NCBI GenBank assembly: GCA_964016885.1 | Contig: OZ024742.1 | Coordinates: 230,516,001-230,580,000, forward strand | DNA length: 64,000 bases | From: Eledone cirrhosa | Taxonomy: Eukaryota | Direction of reading: 5' to 3' | Shown: in pieces, positions 28,741 through 43,253 of the stretch | How positions within the stretch are numbered: position 1 is the stretch's first letter | How the letters are laid out: each line of letters starts with the position of its first letter | Translations under genes and position numbers: made by a program | Notes under the pieces: generated by a model | The model's database searches: none | What the model was told of the DNA's origin: nothing | What the model saw: only the letters and a program-made list of their open reading frames with translations

Positions 28741-28923
28741 ATATATGTGTGTGTATGTGTGTATGTGTGTGTGTGTGTGCATATATATGCACATATACCC
28801 CCAAGAGCGTCGTCTTTGTTGTCATTCAGGGCAATGTCTTCTCAATCCTGCTATCGGCCAGGACCACGAGACGGTCGACATGTTAGGGAGGAGTAGGGTG
28901 GCAGTCTTCAGATGAAAGGTTTA

Positions 28924-29116
28924 ATAATTGTTTCTACTTTTGGCACAAGGCCACCAATTATACCAGTGCATTACTGGTACTTTATTTTATCGACCCCGTA
29001 AGGATGAAAGGCAAAGTTAACCTCGGCAGGATTTGAACTCAGATCATAAAGGAACGTAACTCTGTGCTGAAAAGCATGTTGTCCGACCCTCTACCGATTC
29101 TGCCAAACCACCACCC
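28924..29116 (-). mobile_element. tRNA-derived SINE
   Basis: Full length. Confidence 0.9.
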
Positions 29117-29282
29117 TCTGCTGACACAGCAGACACAACACACACTCAGACTCAACTATATACACCATTCAAACATTTACATATATTTCGTAATGTTGCA
29201 TGTAATGTAGGCAGAACCATTTCTCAGATATAAACACAAATTGAAGTATAATCTTAAACCTGTGAACTTATATCTTACTTCT

Positions 29283-29412
29283 GAAAATCCTGTTATCTGC
29301 TCTAAATGCGGCTTGATGTGTCAAACAGCAGCTGGAATGAAGTGTCATTTGAGGCATAACCATGAACTTAGAAGACTGTAGAACTCTCAGACATCGAAAT
29401 ACGACAGCAGAG
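29283..29412 (+). mobile_element. RTE-like 3' end with C2H2 zinc finger
   Basis: ENPVICSKCGLMCQTAAGMKCHLRHNH followed by a stop and short UTR. Confidence 0.55.
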
Positions 29413-29495
29413 TTATGTATACACATATTTGTTCAGAATTTTAACTACTTGAAATAAATCTAACTATTTATATATGCGAAATAAGTTTGTTTAAT

Positions 29496-30281
<786 letters not shown>

Positions 30282-30284
<3 letters not shown>

Positions 30285-30839
30285 GGAGGTGAGTTTTATT
30301 GTAGTACAATAAAGCAATGCAGATATCGGATAAGAAGCACTCTACAGTTTGTGGGACTGGAGTATGCATAATATAAGATCAAAAGATGGTTAAAGGAGTT
30401 CAATATATTTTATTATGCGCATTTCAAAAACAAACATCATCAAACAATAATATTTGTGTTTTCATCAGATATTGATTTAAAACTGCACTATCAACAAGTG
30501 TTTTTTTATTGTAGTACAATAAAGCAATGCAGATATCGGATAAGAAGCACTCTACAGTTTGTGGGACTGGAGTATGCATAATATAAGATCAAAAGATGGT
30601 TAAAGGAGTTCAATATATTTTATTATGCGCATTTCAAAAACAAACATCATCAAACAATAATATTTGTGTTTTCATCAGATATTGATTTAAAACTGCACTA
30701 TCAACAAGTGTTTTTTTAGCCTTCATATCATGTTCTCCTGTTTTATCTGATGAAAACACAAATATTATTGTTTGATGATGTTTGTTTTTGAAATGCGCAT
30801 AATAAAATATATTGAACTCCTTTAACCATCTTTTGATCT

Positions 30840-30847
<8 letters not shown>
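30282..30847. mobile_element. TA-inserted element: two identical 210-bp direct repeats plus an inverted arm
   Basis: gtagtacaat at 30301 and 30511; 30744-30847 is the reverse complement of 30578-30681. Confidence 0.9.
30740..30808 (+). ncRNA. Minimal type I hammerhead ribozyme
   Basis: Stem I gttttat/ataaaat, CTGATGA 30747-30753, ~16-bp stem II, GAAA 30790-30793, palindromic ATGCGCAT stem III, AUA triplet. Confidence 0.8.
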
Positions 30848-30875
<28 letters not shown>

Positions 30876-31421
30876 GTGTGTCAGTGTGTGTTACCCACAG
30901 ATTCCATTTCGTGTCCTTTTGTCTTGTTTCTTTTTTTTATAAGCATGTGGAATTATCCTTGATGTTTAGTGGATTGTAAATCGAAGAACATCCAAAATAT
31001 TATACAGAACAGCTCGCAAAAAATATATAAATCGTCAAAGTAGAAAAAGAAGCAGAATATATGTATACATATTCAGGTAATTACTAAGTTATGATCAGAT
31101 GCATAATACATACGTTAATGAGTCATAAGAAAAGTATATAAAGATAGTATTAAGACTTAAACGTATCTACGAATTTGTACATAAAATACATAAAGAGTTT
31201 CCGCATAAATATGTGTGTATGTGTTTGTGCCTGTGTGTATGCGAGTGTATATGTACGTGTGTGTGTGTGTGATGTAGTTATTACGATGTCAATCGATGTG
31301 TTAATTCATACATAAATACATAGATTCATACATATGATGTTAGCATTAAATTATCAATACATCATTGAACTCAACACATGTGTCTGTTTATGAAAAAAGT
31401 ATATATATATATATGTCTAAA

Positions 31422-31476
<55 letters not shown>

Positions 31477-31567
31477 GTTTGTATCCATGTATGAATATAC
31501 GTTTGCCATACACGCACATATATATATATATATATAGGTATATATATATATATATATATATAAATAT

Positions 31568-31619
<52 letters not shown>

Positions 31620-31656
31620 TATATATATATATATATATATATAGGTATATATATAT

Positions 31657-31729
<73 letters not shown>

Positions 31730-32282
31730 GATATATATATGATTCATATTCAAATGTATGCAACAGAAGAAGCATATATATACGTGGGCTTATATCTGCT
31801 TTTGATACTCAGTAAGAACATAGTAATATTTTTTCTACCTTTTCTATTAACAGTATTCAGTTAGGTCAGAACATCCTTGCCAAAAAATATTTCGCCTTTA
31901 GCGATTGATTTTTCAGCTTGATGAAAGAAAAAAATCTTTGTAATTTGATGATTCTTCTTAATTACGAAGAGAAAAAAAATGTGATGGACAGGGAACAGAA
32001 TTAACATAGGGGATTTTTTTTTCTAGCGTAAAAGGGTGCATTTGATCTGGTAGAAAATAAGCCCAATTGTCACGTTTTTATGCATTGATCTAACGCATAA
32101 ATACACTTCTCATATTTATTTTTTCTGATTGATCTGTACACAAGTGAAATCTGGATTTAGACGTAGCATGAATTGGTATGAGGTATTATTGTTGTTATCT
32201 TTTGGAGGGGGGAGGGCGTAAGAAGGAAAGATAATGATAATAATGGTAATAGAAATCCTGACAAGTAAAAGACATAAAACAA

Positions 32283-32283
<1 letters not shown>

Positions 32284-32345
<62 letters not shown>

Positions 32346-32451
32346 CGGCGGTGGTGGCGGTGGCGGTGGTGGTGGTGGTGGTAGTAGTGGTAGTAGTAGT
32401 AGTAGTAGTAGTAGTACTAGTAGTAGTAGTAGCAGTAGCAGTAGTAGTAGT
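32284..32451. repeat. (GTA)n/(GTG)n trinucleotide microsatellite
   Basis: Directly visible. Confidence 0.95.
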
Positions 32452-33205
32452 GCGTTTGCGAATAAAGATGGACACGAGCCGGCAAATATATCGATTACAT
32501 ACAGCTCAGTTTTCGATAGTACTACGCAATTGTACAGTCGTAACTCTATGACTTTTTTTAGTACACATTTCAGTTTTGGAGTTTTCATATTTAATTTTCT
32601 TTTTAAATGGACCCCTTACAGATATATACGTAACCTTCAAAGTCAAAGCCCGTTGCTTAATGGTTATGGTGTCCATGTTGCTCCATTCTACCCTACTTGA
32701 AGAAATGTCTCGTAATACAAAGGTCCAACTTTGTCCCACAGTTTGCCAAGCTGAATCTTCCTGCGAACTACCTTATTTTGAAATACAACTATAAAGAAAC
32801 AAGAGAGATGGGGAGGGCGAGAGAGATGGAGGCATGACAGTGTGAGTTCGGCTCTTCCGTGTTCAGACACATTTATCAGCCTGTAGGGTTTTATGTTTGT
32901 ATCTATTATAGCAGTAACTTCCTTGATTGGGTGGTGAATCATTTGTATTAATAACATTTGTTAGTTGGAGCCAATGAGTATGCCTCCATACAGTCGATCG
33001 ACCTGCTAAAAATAACAACCACATCTCCCGAAAAGAAAGAAGGCAAGTGTCACACTAAGACAGTAATCCAGGTCATTCCACCTAGGCCTTTATAGAAATG
33101 TTTGCTATTAACATTGTATACGGCAGGAATCCTTAATCAGAGTAAGGTGTGATCCAAATACATGAGCATATCTACAATTTCGCTTCTTCCAAGATTACAA
33201 AACAT

Positions 33206-33279
<74 letters not shown>

Positions 33280-33432
33280 ACTCATATTCCTGGAATGGAT
33301 CTCCGCCTGTATCGAGACATAGTGTTCCAGTTGTTTGATGAACGGAACGGTCTCTACTTGAAACTTAACATGTATACTACACAGATATATTAACATAATT
33401 AATTTTCAGGGGAATTCAGCATGATACGGTTA

Positions 33433-33490
33433 GTGGTATGCCAGGCTCTTTCAATGGTATGCCAGGCTCTTTCAGTGGTATGCCAGGCTA
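33433..33490. repeat. 21-bp tandem repeat, about 2.8 copies
   Basis: Unit gtggtatgccaggctctttca. Confidence 0.9.
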
Positions 33491-35159
33491 ATCGATGAGC
33501 TTCCAAACAGTTTTCGTCTACCCAATTACTCTTTATTTATCTGTGTGAATTATAAATTATATATTGTTATATTGTCATTGAGGAATACATATTCGAAAGA
33601 TGAATGTCTTAAATGCAGTGATAATTAATATATATAATTTTATAAATACACTCAGAGCATGGTTTGAATCAAAGGGAAACCTCTATTTGAGCGTTTGACA
33701 CGCGAAATTGAAAGCTTATATGTAGTTAATGTTGTATGTGTTTACGTTTAAAAAATGCCTTCTCAAGTTTGTAACTCATTAACTTATATATGTTCATATT
33801 CAATTATGAGCGGTAATTCTATTAGCCTATGTTGCTTATATTTCAAATACATTTATTCTGTTGAAAGGGGTGAATCTAATTGGAAGCTAAATAAGAGAAT
33901 AACTTGATTAATATTAAATAAATAAATATAAATGAAATATTAATCAATTAGATATATTTATATATTAAACATATTTACATACATATTAAATAGACATTGA
34001 GATACATTAGAATATTTACAAACTAAATACTGTTTAAAATTTTAAAACCCTACTTGAAATATAAGATGTTATTAATTATATTTTTTGTAGCTATGGCCTT
34101 CTAAAACGTTAACATTTACGTCAATAGTCATTCCGTCAATTATGACGGTGACAGCGTAGAACGTATTAAATTTGTTGTGTCCAAGATTCCATATATAAAC
34201 AATCAGACGATCTGGGAAATTTGCATTTGGATGAATTAATGGATTGGCCAAGATAAACCCTTCAGTTTATGTTGATTACGGATTCGTAGAAGTTCTTAAA
34301 CAGAAGAAGAATATTTTAGTAATTCATTTGTTGGATATAATTGCATAAATGTTCAGCATATATGTACAAATAATTCATAGGGTTAAATATATCAGCAACG
34401 GTGGTGAAATAATTATTTACAAAGATATATTTAAAGTTAGAACCTAGGACTTAGTGATTGGAATACGAATCGTTATTGTTGCAACAAGGCTGTGAAACTA
34501 AATGTATTATGTGCATGCTTGTATGTATCCGTTTATGTGTGTAAACTTTTAAGAGCTACACGTATACATATATATAAATATTCATGAAATATTAGTATAG
34601 TTGATGCAAATATCTTGAATGTTTTAAGGCCACAATTTTAGTTGTGTAACCCTGATGCTAAACTACTACAACAAAATGTACTTTAGAAGGAATTACTGAT
34701 AATAGACCAGCTGTAGTGTTAAGTGTGTATATTCGGTCTATTAATTCCTTTGCACTTAACGTTGTTTCTGTTGGCAAAGATGTGGCAATTGATTTTCAGC
34801 TTAAATTTCTGTGGTTCGATGAATTTCTGTGCTTCGATGTCTGTAAGAAAGTCTTTAGTAAAAAAAAGAATTTTATAAATGCAAGTGGTGAGTAGTAGGT
34901 TTGGCTAATGAAATTTTAAATAATGATAAGGGGGGTGTGTAGAGGAACAAGGATGAATATAACAAAGGACATAGAAAAAAATTCAATGTGTGTGTAGCCA
35001 GAGGATTATTGAACATTAATCAGTTTCACTGTCAGTCGTATGATCTTTTCGTGGTTTGTTTTGAGAGAATGTGTTTAATTGTATAATGTGTGAGATATTT
35101 GTATGTGTGCGTGTATTTTAAAATGTGTATATATTCATATGTGCGAGAAATTTCAAAAT

Positions 35160-35730
35160 ATATGTATTTGTAAAATGGGTTGCTACTTGTACATATATGT
35201 GTGCATTGGTAAAATGCACGTATATGTGTGTGCATTTGTAAAATGCATGTATATATATATGTAGTGTACATTTGTAAAATGCACGTATATGTGTGTGCAT
35301 TTGTAAAATGCATGTATATATATATAGTTTCGTTCACAAATATATCAATATGCCCAGACACGTAGATATATTGCCCTTGGTATGGCAGTGTGGTTTTAGC
35401 TCAATGTAGGATAACTAGTATACTACAGAGCCGTTATATTTATAGGAATAACCAAAGAGTGCTTAGAAATACATTGTTTATTAGCTAACAGTGGTTCATC
35501 CATACACCATGGTAGGAATCATCAGAGCCTATAAACAAGAGTATATCAATAGTTGCATGCTCCATCGAGCTGCGTCACCAGAACAAGGTTAAAGGACCAG
35601 CAGGGGGTCCCGAGGCCAAGGGAATATGGAAAAAGACAGAATACATGATGCATATCTATATATATATATAGTGTGCATTTGTAAAAGGCACGTATATGTG
35701 TGTGCATTTGTAAAATGCACGTATATGTGT
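35160..35730. repeat. Split minisatellite, unit tgtgtgcatttgtaaaatgcacgtatatg
   Basis: About 5 copies at 35160-35320 and 2 more at 35671-35730. Confidence 0.85.
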
Positions 35731-36439
35731 GCGCATGTGTGATTGTATGTGTGCATGTTTAGTTGTATGTATGCGTATATTTCTAAAATATATATATGCA
35801 TATGTGTATTGTATGTGTATTATATGTGTGTATTATTGTATGTGTATTATATATGTGTATTATATGCGTGTGTATTGTATGTATGAATGTATCTGTAAAA
35901 TGTATGAGTATATCTCTGTGTATGTGTGTGTATTATGTGTGTGTATATTTATGTTTGTTTCTATATATGTCTATATTTATGTGTGTGTATATGTAGCAGT
36001 CGTAGTGTCTTGGATATTTGTGATATCTATTGCAATGTACATTACAGCTGTACAGTTGAAGCAGTCAACAACCGTTCAGAGGTAACATATTTGATGAAAG
36101 AATATATATGGTTTCATGAACTTAGAATATACGGATAAGGTATTCTTGCAATTCTATGGCTAAAATAAATAAATAGATATTTAGATATTTGGTCACTAAT
36201 ATATCAACTTACTACATTAACCCTCTCGTTTCTAAATCATTCACACTACAAATATTAATGGAAATATGAAAAAAAATAAAAGATAAAAACAAAAGTAATG
36301 AACAGATGAGAAGAGCAGCTAAGAAGGGCAGATCTGGAAATATAGAAATGTAGAGGAAAGGGCTATAAATTCCATAAATGAGATGAAAAGGAGGGTAAAA
36401 GCAAGAATTAGTAGGCCACAGAAAAAAGAGAGGGGATGG

Positions 36440-36998
36440 GAGAAAGTGATATGCTCTATGCCTCGGGTGGGGTGGTGATTTGGTTGCGCCTCACGGACAA
36501 AATTGTAATGACACTTCCGCGGACAATGGCCAGCGATAGCCACTTCCACAGCCACCCCACCTCGCGGGGCTTCTTCTTCAGACAGATGGCTGACATTCTG
36601 GTTTTACAGAGGAGCTCGGCACTACGGAGTCCGAGTACGCCTGAGGTCTCGACGATGCCCGGTGCGAAGAGGAAGCGACCCAGGAAAACTACCGTATTTG
36701 ATTGTCTTCCAGTCCTCTGAATTGCGGACCGCATTAAAGGGGTTTGTAGCTGAAGCTGGAGACGCAGAACCAGTCAACGTATGTGGCGTCCCTGATGAGG
36801 GATTTACCTCCTTCAAATGGGAAGAGCGTGATTCCATCAGGGCTCTTGCTGTTTCCAGGCGCCTTCTGAATATGTCGTTGAGAGTGACACGTTGGGGAAA
36901 TCTTCCTGCGCCGTGGTGGCATAACAGTGGTCTGCAGGGCATGCTTATCAACGACAGCCCCACAACGGCATTTGTGTACCTCACATTGGGCCACTCCA
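36440..36998 (-). mobile_element. CRE-clade-like retrotransposon C-terminal remnant, second diverged copy
   Basis: HKCRCGAVVDKH..GRFPQRVTLNDIFRRRL..PDGITLFPFEGGKSLIRDATYVD..KTIKY..FAPGIVETSGVLG..LSLAIVRGS across three frames. Confidence 0.85.
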
Positions 36999-37092
36999 AT
37001 TTGTAAAAAAATAATAAAGTATATTAAGAGAATTAGTAAAATTACATTCTCGTTATGATAGATCATGACCCTCAACCTTCTGGTTTCCAATC

Positions 37093-37390
37093 ACGCCGAA
37101 GCCAATTTTGCTGTTCATCCTTCCGAAGTCAATAAAATAAAGTATCTGTCAAATACAGGAGTCGATGTAATATACTTTCCCTTGCCCATATTGCCAGTAT
37201 TGTACACAATTTAGAAACCATTAGAGGATTGAGGGCCATGCTTTGCAGCATAGAGTTACGGCACTTTGCAGTCTGAGTTCAAATCCCACCGAGGTTAACT
37301 TTACCTTTCATCATTACGGGGTCGATAAAATGAAGCACCAGTAATGCACTGGGGAAATTGCTGGCCTTATGGCAAACGTAGAAACAATAA
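37093..37390 (+). mobile_element. Two tandem tRNA-derived SINE copies
   Basis: Degenerate long copy to about 37222, then short copy 37230-37390. Confidence 0.8.
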
Positions 37391-38919
37391 TTAGGATAAG
37401 TTTTACAGCATAAGTGCCATGCATTATATTGTGGTGGGAGGCGTTTAAAAATATACAAATACTAGAACCTACCTATTATTTTTCACTAATTTTTTTATTA
37501 AAGTCCAAAAGTTGATGGTATATAACTTTTTCATTATTAAGTTAGTTTTTACAGCACAACAGCCATGCATAAAATGGTGAGATAAGATTTTAGATATAGT
37601 TTAGTTATATATAATAACGCGAAATTATCTACTAGTTTCGGATATTTGAAAATGATAAATTATATTTTAAGGGATTTATTAATATAATTATCTTATCAAG
37701 CTGGGTTGTCCAAACATGTTAAAACCATTAGAACAGTTAAAACGCGGAAAACTGTTACACCATTAAAACTGTGATGGAAATTTTTTATATAAGTAAAACT
37801 ACCTTCAAACAAATAATTTTGTAAATATTCCATTGATATACGAAGCATTGAGAATATTATAATTTCAACATATACTCGCCAGAATGCCTATAACTACTAA
37901 TACTTATAACTATAAAGGATTGTTGAATAAAGGGAGTAATATACCCCGGAGATGGAAAAAAACTGGATAGGGACGCAGTCGCATACATCGTATTCTGGGC
38001 GAACACTTTTAGCCATTGCATTAAAGTGGCTCTGTACGTCGATTATTGTCATTTTCGAAGATTTAAGCGGAAAGTTTAAAATGTTAATTTAGTTGATTTA
38101 CGAAATATTGGGGAATTTTGGAATTCGAAATCATACAGACCACGATGGAGGTAAATATAATAATATAGGGTTTGTCTTTCCTCATGTGTCCGTCTCCAGG
38201 AGAACTTTCCAGCTTATAGTTATCAACTATTAATATAGTTAGCTGCATTGTGGCAACTATATTCTCAAATTGTTAGTGGTTTGAAAATATAGACGTCACA
38301 CTGCTGATATCTATAATGATAGTTATCTTTCTTCATCTTCAATGTCACGACTCCAGGGGTACTTCAGCTGAATTATTCAAATATTATTTATAGGTATCAA
38401 CTGTTAATGGTATCTGCTCTGTTGCGACTATATTTTCAAATTTCAAACGTTTTAATTGCAGTCCCATAAGTGGTTAATCGTGATGATGAATATAAATTTA
38501 GTAATAAGGCATTGAGGGACTTTAATAAATATAAATTTCCTAATACGCCGCTTAGTCCCAATGAAAATATTTTAATGACGTTTTCTTTTTTTTTTTTTGA
38601 ATTTTAATATTTCGTGTCATTTCATTAATAGCATGAACTTGTAACATTTTCTTTCACATGCTCAGTTGAACAGAAATGTCAACAGCCATTACTGAATGTT
38701 TCGTAACATTGCAAATTTATGCAAATTTTAACTTTACAGATCTGACAAACAAAATACAGTGTTAAATCTTTAATAGCAAATTAATGATGTTGAAACGGCC
38801 TATGTGTTTACAAACAGCTGCAACGTTATCAAATTGTTCAAGCAGAGACATTTTATAGCGCAAATATAAATATATATTTTTGCTATGAAACACTCACAAA
38901 CGCACATACAGGCGCACAA

Positions 38920-38951
<32 letters not shown>

Positions 38952-39174
38952 ACAGAGAGTATTTTCAGAAGAAACAGATGGTAGTAAATTCTATGTTTCA
39001 GTGATTGTACCTCTTCAGTCTGAAAAAGGTTCCATCGTTGAAGTTTCAAATTCACTATTACAATTTTATTCGGAGAATAGATAATAAACATTGTTCATAT
39101 ATATTTGATAAACATCCAGGTAATGTTTCATTGCTCCTTGTTTATTAAATTAATTTATATATATATATATATAT

Positions 39175-39565
39175 ACTCTTTTACTCTTTTACCCGTTCCA
39201 GCCATCCGGCTGAGGCCATGCTGGGGCACCACCCTTGTTGCTACACATTTTATCTCCAGCCTGTATTAGTTGGATACTGGTGCAAGAGGAAGTTCATTGC
39301 TGCTGCCCTTAGGTTTCCCTCGTGCCTTGCTGTGGGCTCATCTGGGATCCTGGATAGCAAGGCGTCTAGATGTTTCTTGAAAACATCCATGTCCTCACCA
39401 TGCAAGTCTCTCAGAACCCTCGGCAACTTGTTGAAGAGTTGAGGGCCCTTGAACCCCAGACTATTGCAATATCTGCTCCTTATTCTAGATGCGGAAGATG
39501 GGACGTTTGGCACCACACAGTGACGTCCTGTTCGACGGTTGCTCCAGCTCCGGATGCTAATTATA
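39175..39565 (-). mobile_element. CR1/L2-group LINE 3' end with 3' UTR
   Basis: RTGRHCVVP..NSLGFKGPQLFNKLPRVLRDLHGEDMDVFKKHLDALLSRIPDEP; UTR ends in (taaaagag) repeats; flanked by (TA)n. Confidence 0.8.
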
Positions 39566-39567
39566 TT

Positions 39568-39614
<47 letters not shown>

Positions 39615-39642
39615 GTATATATATATATACATATATATATAT

Positions 39643-39690
39643 GTAGGAGGTGAGTATATGGAACTCTTTTAACCATCTTTTGATCTTATA
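39643..39690. mobile_element. 48-bp minimal remnant joining both termini of the 30282-30847 family
   Basis: gtaggaggtgagt plus gaactcttttaaccatcttttgatcttata within (TA)n. Confidence 0.8.
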
Positions 39691-39803
39691 TATATATATA
39701 TATATACATGTATATATATATATACATGATGATTTTCTTCGAATAAAACATTTCTAGTCCTGTAGAAGCCATTTCTATATTAAACCCAGGAAACACACAT
39801 ACG

Positions 39804-39920
<117 letters not shown>

Positions 39921-40023
39921 TTATATATATATATATTTATATACATATTTATGTAACTGTGTGCATAGATAGATATATATAATATTGTGTGTATGTGTGT
40001 CTGTGTGTGGCTGTGTGTGTATT

Positions 40024-40104
<81 letters not shown>

Positions 40105-40124
40105 CAAGGATACCGTAATCGTCT

Positions 40125-40420
40125 TAGACGCATTCCTAAACATCAATTCAACGGGGAACTAGAGCTAGAGTCAAGGAAACGATCGTAAGATTTCTGAAAA
40201 GACATTGAAAGTAGAAATAAATTGTAACAACTGGGAAGTGAAAGCTAATGATTTGACAGGCTGGAGATGTAAAATAAAGCAGATTTAGGATAGTTTTAAG
40301 GAGGCGTGGGTTAGATATGCTGAACTCAAAAGAGCTGCACGAAACAGGAAATATCTTCTGCTGCTTAAATTAATGATCTTAGACATTTCTCTTGTTTACA
40401 CTGTAATAGGGTATGCTCAT
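40125..40420 (+). mobile_element. RTE-clade LINE C-terminal remnant
   Basis: RIPKHQFNGEL..NWEVKANDLTGWR..AELKRAARNRK..CLHCNRVC. Confidence 0.7.
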
Positions 40421-41004
40421 TCTATTTTTGGAATATGGTTTTAAAAATAAAATTTCTTTTACAACCCTACTGTTGCCAATCCAATAAAATTTGTCTCTGG
40501 CTTACAATTCTCCCCTTCGCCCATCTGAACTCTTGCCCAGTCCAACACAATTGAGATACACAAACATATTTACAGAATATTTCCTTTGTCACTAAAAACA
40601 ATTTTGTTCTCTGGAAGAAACATAACTACCAACACTGTTACTGCTACTATCATATAAACAAGAGTTCATTATCCAGTCTCCTTCTCAACAAGTAAGATGA
40701 AATAAACTTACCTCTTAATTAAAAATCTCTAATTTCTAGTTTTTTAATTATTATTAAATCTTTCTAATTGTAATACTCAACATTTGATAACATGAATTTT
40801 ACTTTATATACTTTATATACTTTATAAAATTCTTTTTTAAAAGAATTGTCCATCTCATTTTTTTAATAATGTCACTTTGGCGAATCAAAGAAAGGTAAAA
40901 GAAGTGAAACAGAGCCTAAAATATATTTTCCTTCCTATTTCCAATTTCACCTTTTCTCTATAAACACTGTTTTGTATAGAAACATGCTTCCCTTTTCATA
41001 TACA

Positions 41005-41050
<46 letters not shown>

Positions 41051-41053
<3 letters not shown>

Positions 41054-41970
41054 TGAGTCAGTGTCCAAATCTCAGACCCGTACAGCAGCACAGACTCCAC
41101 TACAGCAATGAAGAGGCAGATTTTCAGGTCTTTACGAAGGTCCGACTTCCACACCAATCTCACGCTGTGGCACGCCGCCCAGGCTTTGCTCTTCCTCTCA
41201 CTCACATCATCTTCCGTATTCCCAATCTTTGCTCCCAAATACAGGAAGTCCTCAACCAATTCTAGGGGCTTCCCGCCTACATTAGTGATCCCCTCTGGCT
41301 TCTCAACATTCTCTACCAGATATTTTGTTTTAGTCTCATTCATTCTCAGCCCCACACTCATCGACACAGTCTTAACCTTCTGCATCAAATCCTCTGCCTC
41401 CTTCACTGTATTTGTCACCAAAACTATGTCGTCGGCAAATTCAGCATTTGATACCTTTTTCGCCTTAACTTTACTGCTCTGAGCCGGTGCTGAGCCAGAG
41501 TCCTTGTGTTTCTCCAGTGCAAGGCGCATACAATAGTCCATTACGGTGATAAAAAGGTAGGGAGCCAATGTATCTCCCTGGAGCACTCCAGTTAGTATCT
41601 CAAAGAACTCTGTCAGATGGTGGATGGGTGCTACACGAGAATGCTGAGCATGGCTCTGAACATTAATCAGTATACACTGAGGATGAATAACTCAGAGCTG
41701 TATGGGAGCCTCCCAAAAGTCAGCTCAAAAGTGACACAGAGGAGACTGAAGTTAGCTGGACATGCTCACCGGCATCCAGAGTTGACATTGCACGCAGTGC
41801 TCCAGTGGGCGCCCCTAAACACTGGAAGAGGAAGACCAAGGTTAACGTATCTTGATGCCCTAAGGACAGACGCTGGTGATTGGAGACGCAGAACATGGCA
41901 GCGATAATGAGGGACAGAGACCGCTGGAGAGAACTCCTCCATGGATTTCGTGAATTTTACCAGCCCTATA
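41051..41970. mobile_element. RTE-group LINE with 5' inversion (RT core on -, C-terminus on +)
   Basis: Minus ~41614-41051: GVLQGDTLAPYLF..FADDIVL..FLYLG..ESVLLYGSEIWTLT; plus ~41614-41970: DGCYTRML..RRLKLAGH..RGRP..DRDRWR; (TA)n flanks. Confidence 0.92.
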
Positions 41971-41984
41971 AAATATATATATAT

Positions 41985-42191
<207 letters not shown>

Positions 42192-42236
42192 TATATATGC
42201 ATCTATATATGAATATATGTATATATATATATATGA

Positions 42237-42313
<77 letters not shown>

Positions 42314-42336
42314 TGTATATATATATAAATATATGA

Positions 42337-42452
<116 letters not shown>

Positions 42453-42811
42453 CATACAGGTGCAAGCATGTCGGTGCTATTTAACACGTAGTATTCGATT
42501 GGAAGAATTTTTAGCTACTATTTCTAATAAGTAAATCGACATCGTAGAGGCTCCCGCATTGATGATTGTTCATAAACGATTTTTTATTAAATTTCCACAT
42601 GCGACAATAAAAACAATAAAGAAATATGATTGTAAAGATAAGTTGTAAAATCTATTTTATAGAAATTCTGAAAATATTTGCAAAGCCCACGCAACATTTC
42701 TTCATATTTTTTCGTGCATATCATACATTAATCTAATAAATCCCTTTACTGCGCTGGAGTTATTGGATTGTAAATGGTGGGAATATCACGTGACAATCCA
42801 ATATGTATATT

Positions 42812-42864
<53 letters not shown>

Positions 42865-42875
42865 TTGTGTGTGTA

Positions 42876-42907
<32 letters not shown>

Positions 42908-42943
42908 CATACATATATATATATGTATGTGTGTGTGTGTGCG

Positions 42944-42975
<32 letters not shown>

Positions 42976-43068
42976 CATGTATATATATATATTTATATAT
43001 GCATATATATAAATATTTCTATATTTACATATATATTTATTATTATTACTATATATATATAAATATTT

Positions 43069-43119
<51 letters not shown>

Positions 43120-43200
43120 CACGCATTTATGTATATATACATGCACACGTGTTCGAGTAAATGTATGAATGAAATGAATTTATATATGTGTGTGTGTACG

Positions 43201-43253
<53 letters not shown>

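Noticed and set aside
34100-34170. piggyBac-like terminus near the ccgtcaattatgacgg palindrome
   Set aside because: No matching second terminus was found in the window.
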